Source: Spirochaetia bacterium
Lineage (GTDB): Bacteria > Spirochaetota > Spirochaetia > CADAEX01
Length of the DNA: 64,000 nt
Assembly: GCA_963662795.1 (NCBI GenBank)
Contig: OY759746.1
Location: forward strand, 960,001 to 1,024,000
Direction of reading: 5' to 3'
Positions 21,700-31,247 of this stretch are shown piece after piece; position 1 is the first letter of the stretch; each line of letters opens with the position of its first letter. The translations under genes were made by a program, and so were the position numbers. The notes beneath the pieces were generated by a model that worked only from the letters and a program-made list of their open reading frames with translations, was not told where the DNA came from and did no database searches.

Positions 21700-22440
21700 T
21701 CACTTCCTCAGCGACGCCTTCGAAAAGATGTAATCAGGGACTTTTTCGTCAAAGGAGATGGACTCGATCAGCAGCTCTGTACCGGAACCTTCCTTAAGGA
21801 CATCCTTGTAGGTTGCTGATGTTGCGACCCACCGCCCTTCTATCATCGAGACAGAATGGACATCAACCTGCTTCAGGAGTCTGCCGCTTTTGGCATAAAG
21901 GTTTTCCTTTAATATCAAATAACGCTCTTTATCAACCCATATTTTTCTCTTCGCATAGGCTGTATTATCTTTTCTGGAAGAGAGGTCTATTATCCATACA
22001 TCACGGCCTTCAATTTTTCCTGTATCTGTAATTTCCCCGTCATACTGGCTGCTCAGGAAAGGGTCCTCCATCATGTCCTCGTATGAAAGGTCAGAGCCCA
22101 TTACCGACTGACGGAGCATGTGGCCGCTTATCATTATTGTCCTGTCAGTTGAAGGCGAGTATGTCCAGAGCTGGTCCCCTAATTTAAGCATCTTGGTCCC
22201 CTTTTCCCGTGGAGGATCAAGATATTCGGTAAATGAGTCGTCAATATTTCTCTGCCATGATTTTGCCCTTACAGTCCTCTCTCCACGCCTTCCGTGTATC
22301 GCCATCTGTGAGATCACGACCTTGCTGTCCGATATTGTATTATCATCAATCTTTTCCAGTATCTCAGCCGGAGAAGGGTTGCTTTGAGAAAAAAGAAAAG
22401 CCGGAGTTATCATAAGGATAACCAGTGCCATATATTTCAT
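21700..22440 (-). CDS. LolA-like 'outer membrane lipoprotein-sorting' protein
   Basis: Signal peptide; PPREKGTKML, MGSDLSYEDM motif. Confidence 0.9.
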   Translation of the reverse strand: MKYMALVILMITPAFLFSQSNPSPAEILEKIDDNTISDSKVVISQMAIHGRRGERTVRAKSWQRNIDDSFTEYLDPPREKGTKMLKLGDQLWTYSPSTDRTIMISGHMLRQSVMGSDLSYEDMMEDPFLSSQYDGEITDTGKIEGRDVWIIDLSSRKDNTAYAKRKIWVDKERYLILKENLYAKSGRLLKQVDVHSVSMIEGRWVATSATYKDVLKEGSGTELLIESISFDEKVPDYIFSKASLRK

Positions 22441-23711
22441 ACTTCAAGCTCCTTGAATAAACCGGCAGTCTGCCTTCTGTAAATACCTATTCCCGCAATG
22501 GAGGCGCCGAGAACAGTTGATGCAATTCCGGGGATAAAACCGATAAAAAAACTGCCGATGCTTACCCTTGCGCGGTAGACATTTGAAATCATCATGGATG
22601 AGTTTTTCATCAGGTATCCGTAGTCGATTCCGTAAATCTGCATGAGATATGAAACGCCTGTCCCGGCAGCAGTGCCGAGTATGGAACCGAAGATTCCAAT
22701 AAAAAGGGATTCAAGTATAAGTGTTTTATAGATATGGGTCTTGTTCTCGCCTACCGCAAGGCGCACTCCGATTTCACCATACCGCCTCAGGCTTCCCATG
22801 AGTCCTGAGTTCCAGAGCACTATCGACATGACCGCGATAAAAATGGAGACCATGATTACCCCCATTGAATCGATTATTGTGATATAATCGGTAAGTCCGC
22901 TTTCAACAGGAAGTGTTCTCATAAGGGGTGAAAACCTGTCATCAGGGTCTTTATACTGCTTGTTGAATGAGGCGGCTATCTCTACAGCTTTTTCATCGTT
23001 GTATATATCATCAGGGAAATATCCCAGCAGCTCGCCTGCGGTGTCCTGCATATCGAGAGCATCCTGAATATCAGCTATATCAGCCAATATCGCCCCCCTG
23101 TCCATCGCTGAAATCCCGAAACTCACTGTTCCGGCAATTTTAAAATTGTAAATAGCCATACTTCCGAACATGGTTGAGCTGATAAGGGTTGCGGTATCAC
23201 CGGGACCGATATTGAGCTTTCCTGCAAACTCATCTCCGATTAGTATTTCGCCCCTTTCCTTAGGGATTCGTCCCCGTATAATGGATTTTTCTATTCTGAG
23301 AAGACCCCATTCAGGGCTTGATGGAGAAAACAGGTCAACCGCAAGCCCGGTAACAGGGCCCTGTTTTTTTGTCTCACCTTTTTCGTCAGGAATATCTAGA
23401 AGACCGCCGAATTTGATTCTCGTTGTCCAGATCATATCAGGATAATTATCTTTAAGGATTTGTGTTATTTCATTAATCCCTGTAAGGGCCAGATCGTTGG
23501 GTGTCTGGTTCGATTCTTCAGCATAGGCCTGAGTCATTACCTTAACATGGCCGGTCTGATAACGGGCGGTTGAATTTATCATATCCGCAATTACACCGTT
23601 CATAAAGGAGTAGAGCACAACGGCAAGGAATACGCCTGAAAATACGGTTAAAACAGGGAAGAGAGAACGGGACCTGTCACGGAGCAGCCCTTTTATTAAA
23701 AATTTTATCAT
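22437..23711 (-). CDS. ABC transporter permease, LolC/E (MacB/FtsX) type
   Basis: TM1, large periplasmic domain, RYGEIGVRLAVG coupling motif, three C-terminal TMs. Confidence 0.9.
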   Translation of the reverse strand: MIKFLIKGLLRDRSRSLFPVLTVFSGVFLAVVLYSFMNGVIADMINSTARYQTGHVKVMTQAYAEESNQTPNDLALTGINEITQILKDNYPDMIWTTRIKFGGLLDIPDEKGETKKQGPVTGLAVDLFSPSSPEWGLLRIEKSIIRGRIPKERGEILIGDEFAGKLNIGPGDTATLISSTMFGSMAIYNFKIAGTVSFGISAMDRGAILADIADIQDALDMQDTAGELLGYFPDDIYNDEKAVEIAASFNKQYKDPDDRFSPLMRTLPVESGLTDYITIIDSMGVIMVSIFIAVMSIVLWNSGLMGSLRRYGEIGVRLAVGENKTHIYKTLILESLFIGIFGSILGTAAGTGVSYLMQIYGIDYGYLMKNSSMMISNVYRARVSIGSFFIGFIPGIASTVLGASIAGIGIYRRQTAGLFKELEV

Positions 23712-24883
23712 GTCATTTTTCCCCTTAAAGCATCTGTCGGTTCAAGCTTTGCAATTTTTCTTGCCGGCAGATAGCTCACAATCGTGGTAACAGTTAAAAC
23801 AAGAAGGATTGAACCTGCGACAAGGGCTCCGGTAAACGACGGGAATATCCTGTTCCCTATGGCAAGACCGAAGTCGTCGGTAGATTCAGGCAGACCGAAA
23901 CCGGTTCTGGCTGAATATGCAAGCAGCGGTATTCCGTATATGGCAGCCGCAACCGCGGCAAGGACTGAGTGGACAGCACCTTCAAGAGTAAAAAGCTGAA
24001 TAAGGGTGCCGCGGGTCATGCCGAGGGCCATAAGGGTCCCCATCTCTTTTCTGCGCCTGAATATGGAAAGTATCTGCGTGTCAAAAAGGGCAAGCATGGC
24101 AAGCAGCAGCAGAATTATGTAAAAGATACTTCCTCCAATGGATTTTGTGAGAAAAAGGGCCCTGATATCCTTCAATAGAAATTCAAGGTTTTTATGGTTC
24201 CAGCCCTCAGCTTTTTCAGCAAACTGAGAACCGCTCTTAAGCACGACAATTGTTGCCTCACCTTTCATATTCATCATTTCCCGCATCTTTTCTATCGGAA
24301 TCCACAGCTGACCATTGTCGATTCCTGAATCATCTGTTTTCATGACATTGGAAATAAAAAATTCATCAGCGTCAAAGGTTCCGTTGGTATCGCGCCACCT
24401 GACTATTACATAATCTCCCTTTTTCAGTCCGGTACTTTTTGCCATTCTGCGGCCGATCAGGGCGGGTATGGAGGGCCCTCCGTTTTCAAGAACACCGGAA
24501 GGAATTGAAAGTATTTTCTGTTCCGGTGAAATCCCTTTCAGAAGGGCATTCTGAAACCTTCCACTGGGATATATTGATGCCGCCCTGATAAGGATAGGGA
24601 TTGCTTCTCCCCTGTCGATAAGGGTCTGAAGATTATCCGGTGTTTTACCATGTGCATCATCAAGAGTGAGGGGATCGAACGGATCATAACTGCTGTGCCA
24701 GTACTGTCCGCCGGCATATTCGGCTTCCCTGGCAATTTTTTCCATCTGGTCGCTCATTCCGTTGTAAAGCCCCTGCATGTATATAATGGCGACAAAAGAG
24801 AATGAGAGCGCGATGACGTTAAGCCATGTCCTGAGTCCCGCCCCGAATATGTTTTTAAAGGCAAGTTTAATAATAAGCATCAC
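23708..24883 (-). CDS. ABC transporter permease, LolC/E (MacB/FtsX) type
   Basis: RRKEMGTLMALG, YLPARKIAKLEPTDALR. Confidence 0.92.
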   Translation of the reverse strand: MMLIIKLAFKNIFGAGLRTWLNVIALSFSFVAIIYMQGLYNGMSDQMEKIAREAEYAGGQYWHSSYDPFDPLTLDDAHGKTPDNLQTLIDRGEAIPILIRAASIYPSGRFQNALLKGISPEQKILSIPSGVLENGGPSIPALIGRRMAKSTGLKKGDYVIVRWRDTNGTFDADEFFISNVMKTDDSGIDNGQLWIPIEKMREMMNMKGEATIVVLKSGSQFAEKAEGWNHKNLEFLLKDIRALFLTKSIGGSIFYIILLLLAMLALFDTQILSIFRRRKEMGTLMALGMTRGTLIQLFTLEGAVHSVLAAVAAAIYGIPLLAYSARTGFGLPESTDDFGLAIGNRIFPSFTGALVAGSILLVLTVTTIVSYLPARKIAKLEPTDALRGKMT

Positions 24884-25638
24884 TTATCCTCCCCTGCAGT
24901 TCTCTCATCCTTTGCAGCCCGTCCGTCGTTAAGCGTAATTATTCTTTTAAGATAGCGCATGACTTTTTCATCATGTGTCGCGAATATAAATGTAGTTTTA
25001 AGATTTTCATTTAGCCGGGCCATCGTATCCATTATGTTACGGGAATTTTCAGCATCAAGATTGGCCGTAGGCTCATCAGCCAGGACAAGCGCGGGCTTTT
25101 TTACTATTGCCCTCGCAATGGCCACCCTCTGGCTCTGTCCGCCTGAAAGCTGCATGGGTTTTGAAAAAGCCCTGTCGGCAAGGCCTACCCATTCCAGAGC
25201 ATCCATGACAAGCTTTTTCCGCTCAGCCGAGGAGAAGTTTTGAAGTAAAAGAGGAAATTCCACATTCTCATAAACAGAATATACCGGCAGCAGATTGAAA
25301 GTCTGAAATATAAATCCGATATGATGATTGCGCAGTTCTGCCGCCTCCCTGTGAGTGAGCGTTTCAACTTTCTTGCCCATAACAATGGCGCTCCCCTTTG
25401 TCGGGGAGTCAAGAGAGCCCATTATATTTAAAAGTGTGGTTTTCCCGGACCCTGACGGGCCGACAAGACCGGCGAAATCCCCTTTTGCGAAGGTGAGGTT
25501 TATATTATCGAGGGCTGTCAGGGTTGTAAGGCCGATAGGGTAAATCTTGCTCAGGTTTTCCGTTTTAATAAGATATGTACTATCTGTTTCAGCTTCCATG
25601 AGGCTATTTACCTTATTTTTTTCCACTATTTTCTCCAT
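24880..25638 (-). CDS. ABC transporter ATP-binding protein, LolD-like
   Basis: GPSGSGKT, LSGGQSQRVAIARA, LADEPTANLD. Confidence 0.95.
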   Translation of the reverse strand: MEKIVEKNKVNSLMEAETDSTYLIKTENLSKIYPIGLTTLTALDNINLTFAKGDFAGLVGPSGSGKTTLLNIMGSLDSPTKGSAIVMGKKVETLTHREAAELRNHHIGFIFQTFNLLPVYSVYENVEFPLLLQNFSSAERKKLVMDALEWVGLADRAFSKPMQLSGGQSQRVAIARAIVKKPALVLADEPTANLDAENSRNIMDTMARLNENLKTTFIFATHDEKVMRYLKRIITLNDGRAAKDERTAGEDK

Positions 25639-25650
25639 CTTTTTCTCCGT

Positions 25651-26796
25651 TTAATAATTATATATAGTCATTATCTGAAATCCGTTTCCCGCCGCTGATG
25701 TGAATGAACTGCCGGAGACTGTTCCGCCGGCATCAGGATTCAAAAAACCGGAGATGTTGATTGTCCAGCTGTCATAAACCCGCTGCCACTGGAGAGTGAG
25801 ATAATTATCGTTATTTGTAATATCGAAGTAGTAAATTCCTGATACCCGGTCCAGCAGGGAAAGAGGATAACCGGCCCGGGCCCCCATAAACTGTGAACGG
25901 AGAAATGAGGTATCATCAAAGACATCCTCCCCTCCTGATGCGCTGAAAAATTCACAGAGTATATTTAAGCCGTATCCAATATTAAAAGTGTAATCAGCTC
26001 CGATTGTCCACATTGTGCTGTATTTCATGAAATCAATATCTGTATCCCGCTGTGTAACCGCCGCCTCAAACCACATTCCGATTACAGCGTCAAGCTTAAT
26101 ATCAAAAGCACAGTTGTTTTCCGTCACGTTTTCGTCATCCGTCTCCGAAAACAAAATCAGGTTTTCAGTAAAATCAGCTTTCCTGTGATGAAAGCTCAAT
26201 GCAGCTTCCCCGATTGGAAACGGCAACTGAATACGCCCGCCGGGTTCAGGGCTTTTTTCTGCGGTCGGGGAGGTTTCCCACCCTTTGATATCGTCATTGC
26301 CGTATAGACACCAGAGCCATATGTTGGCGTTATTCTGAAAATAGTACCTTCCGAGCAGCCCGTAGACCCCGTCGGTAAGCTCAAGCGGGTCGCGGGGGTC
26401 AATGTGATCAAACCACTTAAGCGGTCTGAATAGCGCTGCCGAACCGAAATTGATCTTTTGTAATCCAGCTCTTAGCTCAAATCTGCTTCCTGAAATGCGG
26501 ACCCAGAGGCGGTACGGCTTTATATCCGCCTCATTTACAGGGTCTTCCCCGTTTTCAAGTTCCGAGCTGCCGTAACTGTTAAGTGCTATCTGTGAGTCGA
26601 AATAGAGTTGGTCCGAAAGCGGCATTTCAAGCGTAAGCTCTGGAATATAGCGGTAGCCGAGCTGCGTGACAGGAAAATTATCCCCGATTCCTGCCGCCCA
26701 CCCTGAAATCTGGCCGCGGGAAGAGGCTGCCTGCGCAAAAACCATCCCATGTGAAAAAGAGATCAGCAAAATTAATATCCTTACATTTTTATACAA
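25651..26796 (-). CDS. Putative outer-membrane beta-barrel protein
   Basis: Likely TTG start at 26796 (GGAG RBS) giving signal peptide MYKNVRILILLISFSHGMVFAQ; GLQKINFG..FRPL.WFD.IDPRDP motif; terminal YNY. Confidence 0.7.
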   Translation of the reverse strand: MYKNVRILILLISFSHGMVFAQAASSRGQISGWAAGIGDNFPVTQLGYRYIPELTLEMPLSDQLYFDSQIALNSYGSSELENGEDPVNEADIKPYRLWVRISGSRFELRAGLQKINFGSAALFRPLKWFDHIDPRDPLELTDGVYGLLGRYYFQNNANIWLWCLYGNDDIKGWETSPTAEKSPEPGGRIQLPFPIGEAALSFHHRKADFTENLILFSETDDENVTENNCAFDIKLDAVIGMWFEAAVTQRDTDIDFMKYSTMWTIGADYTFNIGYGLNILCEFFSASGGEDVFDDTSFLRSQFMGARAGYPLSLLDRVSGIYYFDITNNDNYLTLQWQRVYDSWTINISGFLNPDAGGTVSGSSFTSAAGNGFQIMTIYNY

Positions 26797-27448
26797 CTGC
26801 CTTCTCCTTCTCTTTCTCTTTCTCTTTCTCTTTTTCCGCAGCCGCAGCCGTTGCCGGTGTCCCGGCCGGAACCGGCGCCGTAATTCCGTAAAAAAAGAAA
26901 TTGGTAAGTTCCATTGCAAGCTCATTCGGAGTACTGTACATCCTGAGCAGTTCCTCGTCCCTGGTCATTTCCGTTAAATGATTCAGGAAATAGATGATAA
27001 ATTCAGGCTTCAGGTCGCGCCTTATCTCTCCGTTCTCTCTTGCCGCCCTGAAGCTTTCAAGCACTTCTTTCGTGGATTTTTCCCTGAGCTCTGCAAGCTG
27101 TAAAGCTATCTCCGGGTTGGGATTTAAAACCAGATCGGTGAAAAATTCCTTTCCCATCATCTCTGTCTGTTCGTTTTTGAGGACAAGTATAAGCTTAACC
27201 TTCTCTGTGAAGGGAACGGGCTTTTCCATGATTTTTCGGTATTTTTCCATCTGAACGGAAACAAGATTATCAATAAGATTCTTAACCAGGTGAGTTTTAT
27301 TTTTAAAGTATTTATAAAAAGTCATTTTGCTCACACCGGCTTTTGAGCATATTTCCTCTACTGTTACCCGGCTTATACCGAATTTCATGAATAGTTCATA
27401 AGCTGTATCTTTCAGAGCTCTGTATTTTTTATTTTTTCTTTTTTCCAT
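26789..27448 (-). CDS. TetR/AcrR family transcriptional regulator
   Basis: HTH VTVEEICSKAGVSKMTFYKYFKNK; low-complexity C-terminal tail. Confidence 0.93.
   Translation of the reverse strand: MEKRKNKKYRALKDTAYELFMKFGISRVTVEEICSKAGVSKMTFYKYFKNKTHLVKNLIDNLVSVQMEKYRKIMEKPVPFTEKVKLILVLKNEQTEMMGKEFFTDLVLNPNPEIALQLAELREKSTKEVLESFRAARENGEIRRDLKPEFIIYFLNHLTEMTRDEELLRMYSTPNELAMELTNFFFYGITAPVPAGTPATAAAAEKEKEKEKEKEKAVV
26801..26836. repeat. Hexanucleotide tandem repeat (GAGAAR-like x6) encoding (EK)6
   Basis: Minus strand GAAAAA GAGAAA GAGAAA GAGAAA GAGAAG GAGAAG. Confidence 0.9.
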
Positions 27449-27507
27449 TTTACCCCGTTCATCGGTACCTGTGACATAATACTTACGCAATATTTAAAAG
27501 TATACGT

Positions 27508-27544
27508 TTTACATATTATTATATATTCATCGTAAAGTTGTCAA
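27508..27544 (-). promoter_or_regulatory. Sigma70-like promoter with overlapping inverted repeat (probable TetR operator)
   Basis: TTGACA (27544-27539) followed by an AT-rich TATAATAAT -10 region; TTTAC...GTAAA inverted repeat flanks the -10. Confidence 0.5.
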
Positions 27545-27626
27545 GAAAAAATATCCCCTGAAGCAGATATTTTTAAGATGGAGCTGATTGAGCGGATAAT
27601 GTGAATTTAAAAAAGGGGAACTGGAT

Positions 27627-29666
27627 CTATTTTACAAAAAGCGATGTCCTGATTTTTCTTATAAGGCTTACCTTGCTGATGCTGATGCTGACTTCACTGT
27701 CATCCTGGAGCAGAATCCCTTTAAGATAATAGTTATTTCCATCTTTCTCAAGCTTTTCGGGTTTTATAAGCTTCTTGACAAGCTCGCCTTCGGGACCGGT
27801 TTCAATTATTTCGGCAAGAAAACCCTTGCTTCCTGCAACCTGTTCGGCAATTCTTACCTTACCGTTATAGTCAAGTCCTTTTGCCTCGGTCTTTTCGTAC
27901 CTTGCGATGCCTTTAGAGATTTGCTCGGGAAAAAGAATCAGTTTTCTTTCAATCCGCTCTGATATTACCTCTTTCTGATCAGAATTTAATTTTGAATCCT
28001 CAATTTTTTTTCGTATCTCATCCGAATCAGGATCTACAGATTCAGGGACAGGGTAAAACGGCTTGTTATAATCAAGCTCAAGAGCGGTTATGTTCTGAAG
28101 AGCCTGCACATCATCCGTCAGGGGCTCGGGTTGGTATGTTTTTTTCTCATCAGTTTCTACATAACCCGGGACAAGTGAATCAGGCGACGGGAGGTTGTCG
28201 ATTCCCGATTTTCTGAATGCCTCAAAAAGGGCAGGAATGTTTTTCTGGTTTACAAGGTATACACCGTCAGCAAGTTTTCTGCACAGATTCGAACTGAAGT
28301 GGCCGGAATTATCAATAATGTTTCTCTTTTTCTCATCAGCAACAAGAACAACCCCATTGTAAAAGGTAAGACTGTTATATTCCTTTTCCCAGTTTTCCAT
28401 TGAAAACATTATATTCTGGGGAACCGAAAACCCCCCAAGCCGGTTAAACAGTGAAGCGACTGCTGCGCTGTCATAGCCTGATTCAAGAGCACGAAGGAAA
28501 CTCTCCCGGGAAAAAAAGAAATAAACCATTTCGGAATATCTTTTTATGTCAGCTGAGAGTGCAAGCAGCAATCCGTCCTCAAAAGAGATATTTTTTGAGG
28601 CATGGATATCAAAGTTCGGCTGAATTACAAAGTTGTTTCTTCCTGAAGTTTCACTTCCGGCTTCCGGCAGAAAAGCTGTAACTGAGGGATTCGGAAAGTA
28701 AATGTCGCCTTCATTTTCAAGAAAACCGAGTCCGCACATTATCGTAATAATATGTTCGATTTTTTCAGGCAGCGGGTGGGAGTTTTTTATAAAGAGCAGC
28801 TCAATAATTTTTATCAGCGATTTTTTGTTAAATCCCTTTCCCGTACTGCGGAGCGTTTTAAGCAGCCCTTCAATAAAAGTGGTATATAATCTGTAATCTT
28901 TTGAAAAAGCGGCTCCGATGCAAAGTTTTTTTCTTTCTTCAGGAGAAAGTTCAGAGAGCTCCTTCCATCTGTCAGGGACAGGCTGAAAATAATCCCCAAC
29001 CTGTTTTACAAGCCCAAGGCGCCTGAAAATCATTCTGATGATATCTACCCGGATCTCGGGATTTACAGCGAGCTGGTCCGGGAATATAGTCTTAAGCTCC
29101 TCAGTTACCTTTTTCCTGAAATTGCCGTCAAGTTTAAGGATCTGCCCCTGTCTGAGCAAATAAGAGAAAACAGAAAAAAGGAGAGGGTCGTTGAGCCACA
29201 GGGCATCTTCTGCCGACACTTCACGGGGCACAGCTGATGATGGAATAATTATTTCAGGATTGATGATCCTTTCATCAAGTATATCGTCGAGAATCGGCGA
29301 TATAATCAGCAAAGGATAATCCCCGTTGCTCTCATCAGTGCAGATAAGCATTCTCTCTTCAAGGTTCTGCAGATGAAGGCAGAAGTCATAATAATTCTTT
29401 TTATCCGCAAAAAACTGGTAGAGGTTCTTGATTTTAACCGGCCCTAAAATACTTAATGCGGTAAGTACTGCAGCGTCATTTTTATCAATAAGCGAAATAA
29501 TTTTTTCAATATTTTTTTCTTTGCTGAAAAATACTGCCAGTTCATCTATAAGTGTATGCTTGTTAAAAGGAGTTTTTACATCACCGAGATAATTTCTCAT
29601 CAGATCAAAAAAGATCTGTTCATGCAGTGATATTACAATCTTTTTCCATTTTTCAATATCTGCCAT
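27627..29666 (-). CDS. XPB-associated (Helicase_C_3-like) domain protein
   Basis: IQPNFDI...FSRESFLRALESG...VPQNIMFSMENW resembles the Helicase_C_3/clutch domain; no helicase motor motifs seen. Confidence 0.8.
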   Translation of the reverse strand: MADIEKWKKIVISLHEQIFFDLMRNYLGDVKTPFNKHTLIDELAVFFSKEKNIEKIISLIDKNDAAVLTALSILGPVKIKNLYQFFADKKNYYDFCLHLQNLEERMLICTDESNGDYPLLIISPILDDILDERIINPEIIIPSSAVPREVSAEDALWLNDPLLFSVFSYLLRQGQILKLDGNFRKKVTEELKTIFPDQLAVNPEIRVDIIRMIFRRLGLVKQVGDYFQPVPDRWKELSELSPEERKKLCIGAAFSKDYRLYTTFIEGLLKTLRSTGKGFNKKSLIKIIELLFIKNSHPLPEKIEHIITIMCGLGFLENEGDIYFPNPSVTAFLPEAGSETSGRNNFVIQPNFDIHASKNISFEDGLLLALSADIKRYSEMVYFFFSRESFLRALESGYDSAAVASLFNRLGGFSVPQNIMFSMENWEKEYNSLTFYNGVVLVADEKKRNIIDNSGHFSSNLCRKLADGVYLVNQKNIPALFEAFRKSGIDNLPSPDSLVPGYVETDEKKTYQPEPLTDDVQALQNITALELDYNKPFYPVPESVDPDSDEIRKKIEDSKLNSDQKEVISERIERKLILFPEQISKGIARYEKTEAKGLDYNGKVRIAEQVAGSKGFLAEIIETGPEGELVKKLIKPEKLEKDGNNYYLKGILLQDDSEVSISISKVSLIRKIRTSLFVK

Positions 29667-30487
29667 TATTCCTTATCCCAGATTTCAAATCTTGATTTTA
29701 TGAAATCAATTGTTTTTTCGTGTTCTTTTTTCCCGGTGCCGTCAATGGCAATAGCCTCTCCGAAATCAACATACACTGTCCGTTCCGGGTATATGTACCC
29801 CATTGTGCTGAAGGTTTTTCCGTTTTCCCATAAGTCTGTTTTAAGCGCGGCCGGGATGACCGGAACCCCGGCTTTTTTGGCAAGCTTGATTCCAAGTGAA
29901 TTAAATTTTTCCGAATCAAAGACAGATCTTCTTGATGCCTGGGGAAAGATAATGACAGACCGCCCGCCGGCAATAAGCTCCGCCCCTTTGGCAAGCACTC
30001 TTTCAAGATCTTTCCTGGGTTCTTTCCTCTCAACATCTATCGGATCAAGAGATTTCATTACAGGGCCGAATATGGCATTTGTAATCAGGCTTCTCTTTAC
30101 AACAAATGTCGCATCCCTGATTATTCCGATTACACAGGGGAAAATTGCTGTTTCAAGTGTGCTCATGTGATTGGCGACAATAACGGCAGGCCCTTTGCAG
30201 GCCCTTAAGTTATCAAGGCCGGTTATCACAAACTTCCCTCCGGCTTTTTCAATACTTCTCATGACAGTAAAACCGCTTTTTATGAGTTCCCGTGGAGTGT
30301 AGACCTCTTTCAGCACTTTCCTGCGGGCCGAGAGAATGACGTTAATAAACCTGCCGTAAAAAGCCGCTGCTCTGATAAACGAAAGCCTGCCATTACCTGA
30401 GCTTTTTTCCCCCTGCCCCTGAGCAGTGATATAACTGTTTCCTGAAAAGAGTTTTTCTATATATGAGAAATCACTGTCTTGTTTCAT
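29666..30487 (-). CDS. 1-acyl-sn-glycerol-3-phosphate acyltransferase (PlsC-like)
   Basis: NHMSTLE and IIFPQ acyltransferase blocks. Confidence 0.88.
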   Translation of the reverse strand: MKQDSDFSYIEKLFSGNSYITAQGQGEKSSGNGRLSFIRAAAFYGRFINVILSARRKVLKEVYTPRELIKSGFTVMRSIEKAGGKFVITGLDNLRACKGPAVIVANHMSTLETAIFPCVIGIIRDATFVVKRSLITNAIFGPVMKSLDPIDVERKEPRKDLERVLAKGAELIAGGRSVIIFPQASRRSVFDSEKFNSLGIKLAKKAGVPVIPAALKTDLWENGKTFSTMGYIYPERTVYVDFGEAIAIDGTGKKEHEKTIDFIKSRFEIWDKE

Positions 30488-30665
30488 GGTAAATGACAGT
30501 ATATAAAAAAAAACTGTATTATTCCACCCCCGGCAATTCAATAAGATTATTTAACAGCAGCAGACTTTTCATTAATACGGATGGCGTGTTACTATCAATC
30601 CATTCATTCCTCAATGAATAAAGATCTGAATACTGGAACCAAAAGAAAATAATATTGGAGGATCA

Positions 30666-31247
30666 GTGTTGAATCTGTTTTACATCTTCGGTCTGGCTCT
30701 CGCATTGTCAATGGACGCTCTGGCAGTCTCTGTGGTTAACGGTTTTATCATAAAACAGCTTAAATTCAGGTATGCATTCAGGATCGCGTTTTCTTTCGGA
30801 CTCTTTCAGGGTCTTATGCCGTACCTGGGATGGAGTGCGGGACTTTATTTCAGGAGCTACATCGAGCATATTGACCACTGGATCGCGTTTTTTCTTCTTT
30901 CGGCAATCGGCGGTAAGATGATTTACGAGGCCAGATGTGTAAAAGGTGAAGTCTGCGAGATAGGCTCAGACAAAAAAAACTGCCTTCACATGGGAACACT
31001 TCTGACACTTTCAATAGCTACAAGTATCGATGCCCTTGCCGTAGGTTTGAGTTTTTCAATCCTGAACATAAATATTGCCCTTCCGGTTTTGATAATAGGC
31101 GCAGTAACTTTTACAGTGTGTCTTGCCGGGGTCTATATAGGGGACAGGATAGGACATATTTTTGAGGACAAGCTTGAGATAGCCGGCGGTATTATACTTA
31201 TCCTGATCGGAATTAAAATACTGCTTTCGCATTTATTTTCATTATAG
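30666..31247 (+). CDS. mntP: Manganese efflux pump
   Basis: ALSMDALAVS, DHWIAF.LL, ATSIDALAVG; GGAGG RBS before GTG. Confidence 0.92.
   Translation: MLNLFYIFGLALALSMDALAVSVVNGFIIKQLKFRYAFRIAFSFGLFQGLMPYLGWSAGLYFRSYIEHIDHWIAFFLLSAIGGKMIYEARCVKGEVCEIGSDKKNCLHMGTLLTLSIATSIDALAVGLSFSILNINIALPVLIIGAVTFTVCLAGVYIGDRIGHIFEDKLEIAGGIILILIGIKILLSHLFSL

Noticed and set aside
26797-26925. Arg/Lys-rich N-terminal extension (RKKRKRKRKRRRR) in the ORF track for the 25651 gene
   Set aside because: It is the alternative frame of the TetR (EK)6 repeat; a TTG start at 26796 with an SD gives a normal signal peptide.
30542-30665. yybP-ykoY Mn riboswitch expected upstream of mntP
   Set aside because: No GGGGAGUA or CAACAUAC-like conserved elements visible; the region is short and AT-rich.
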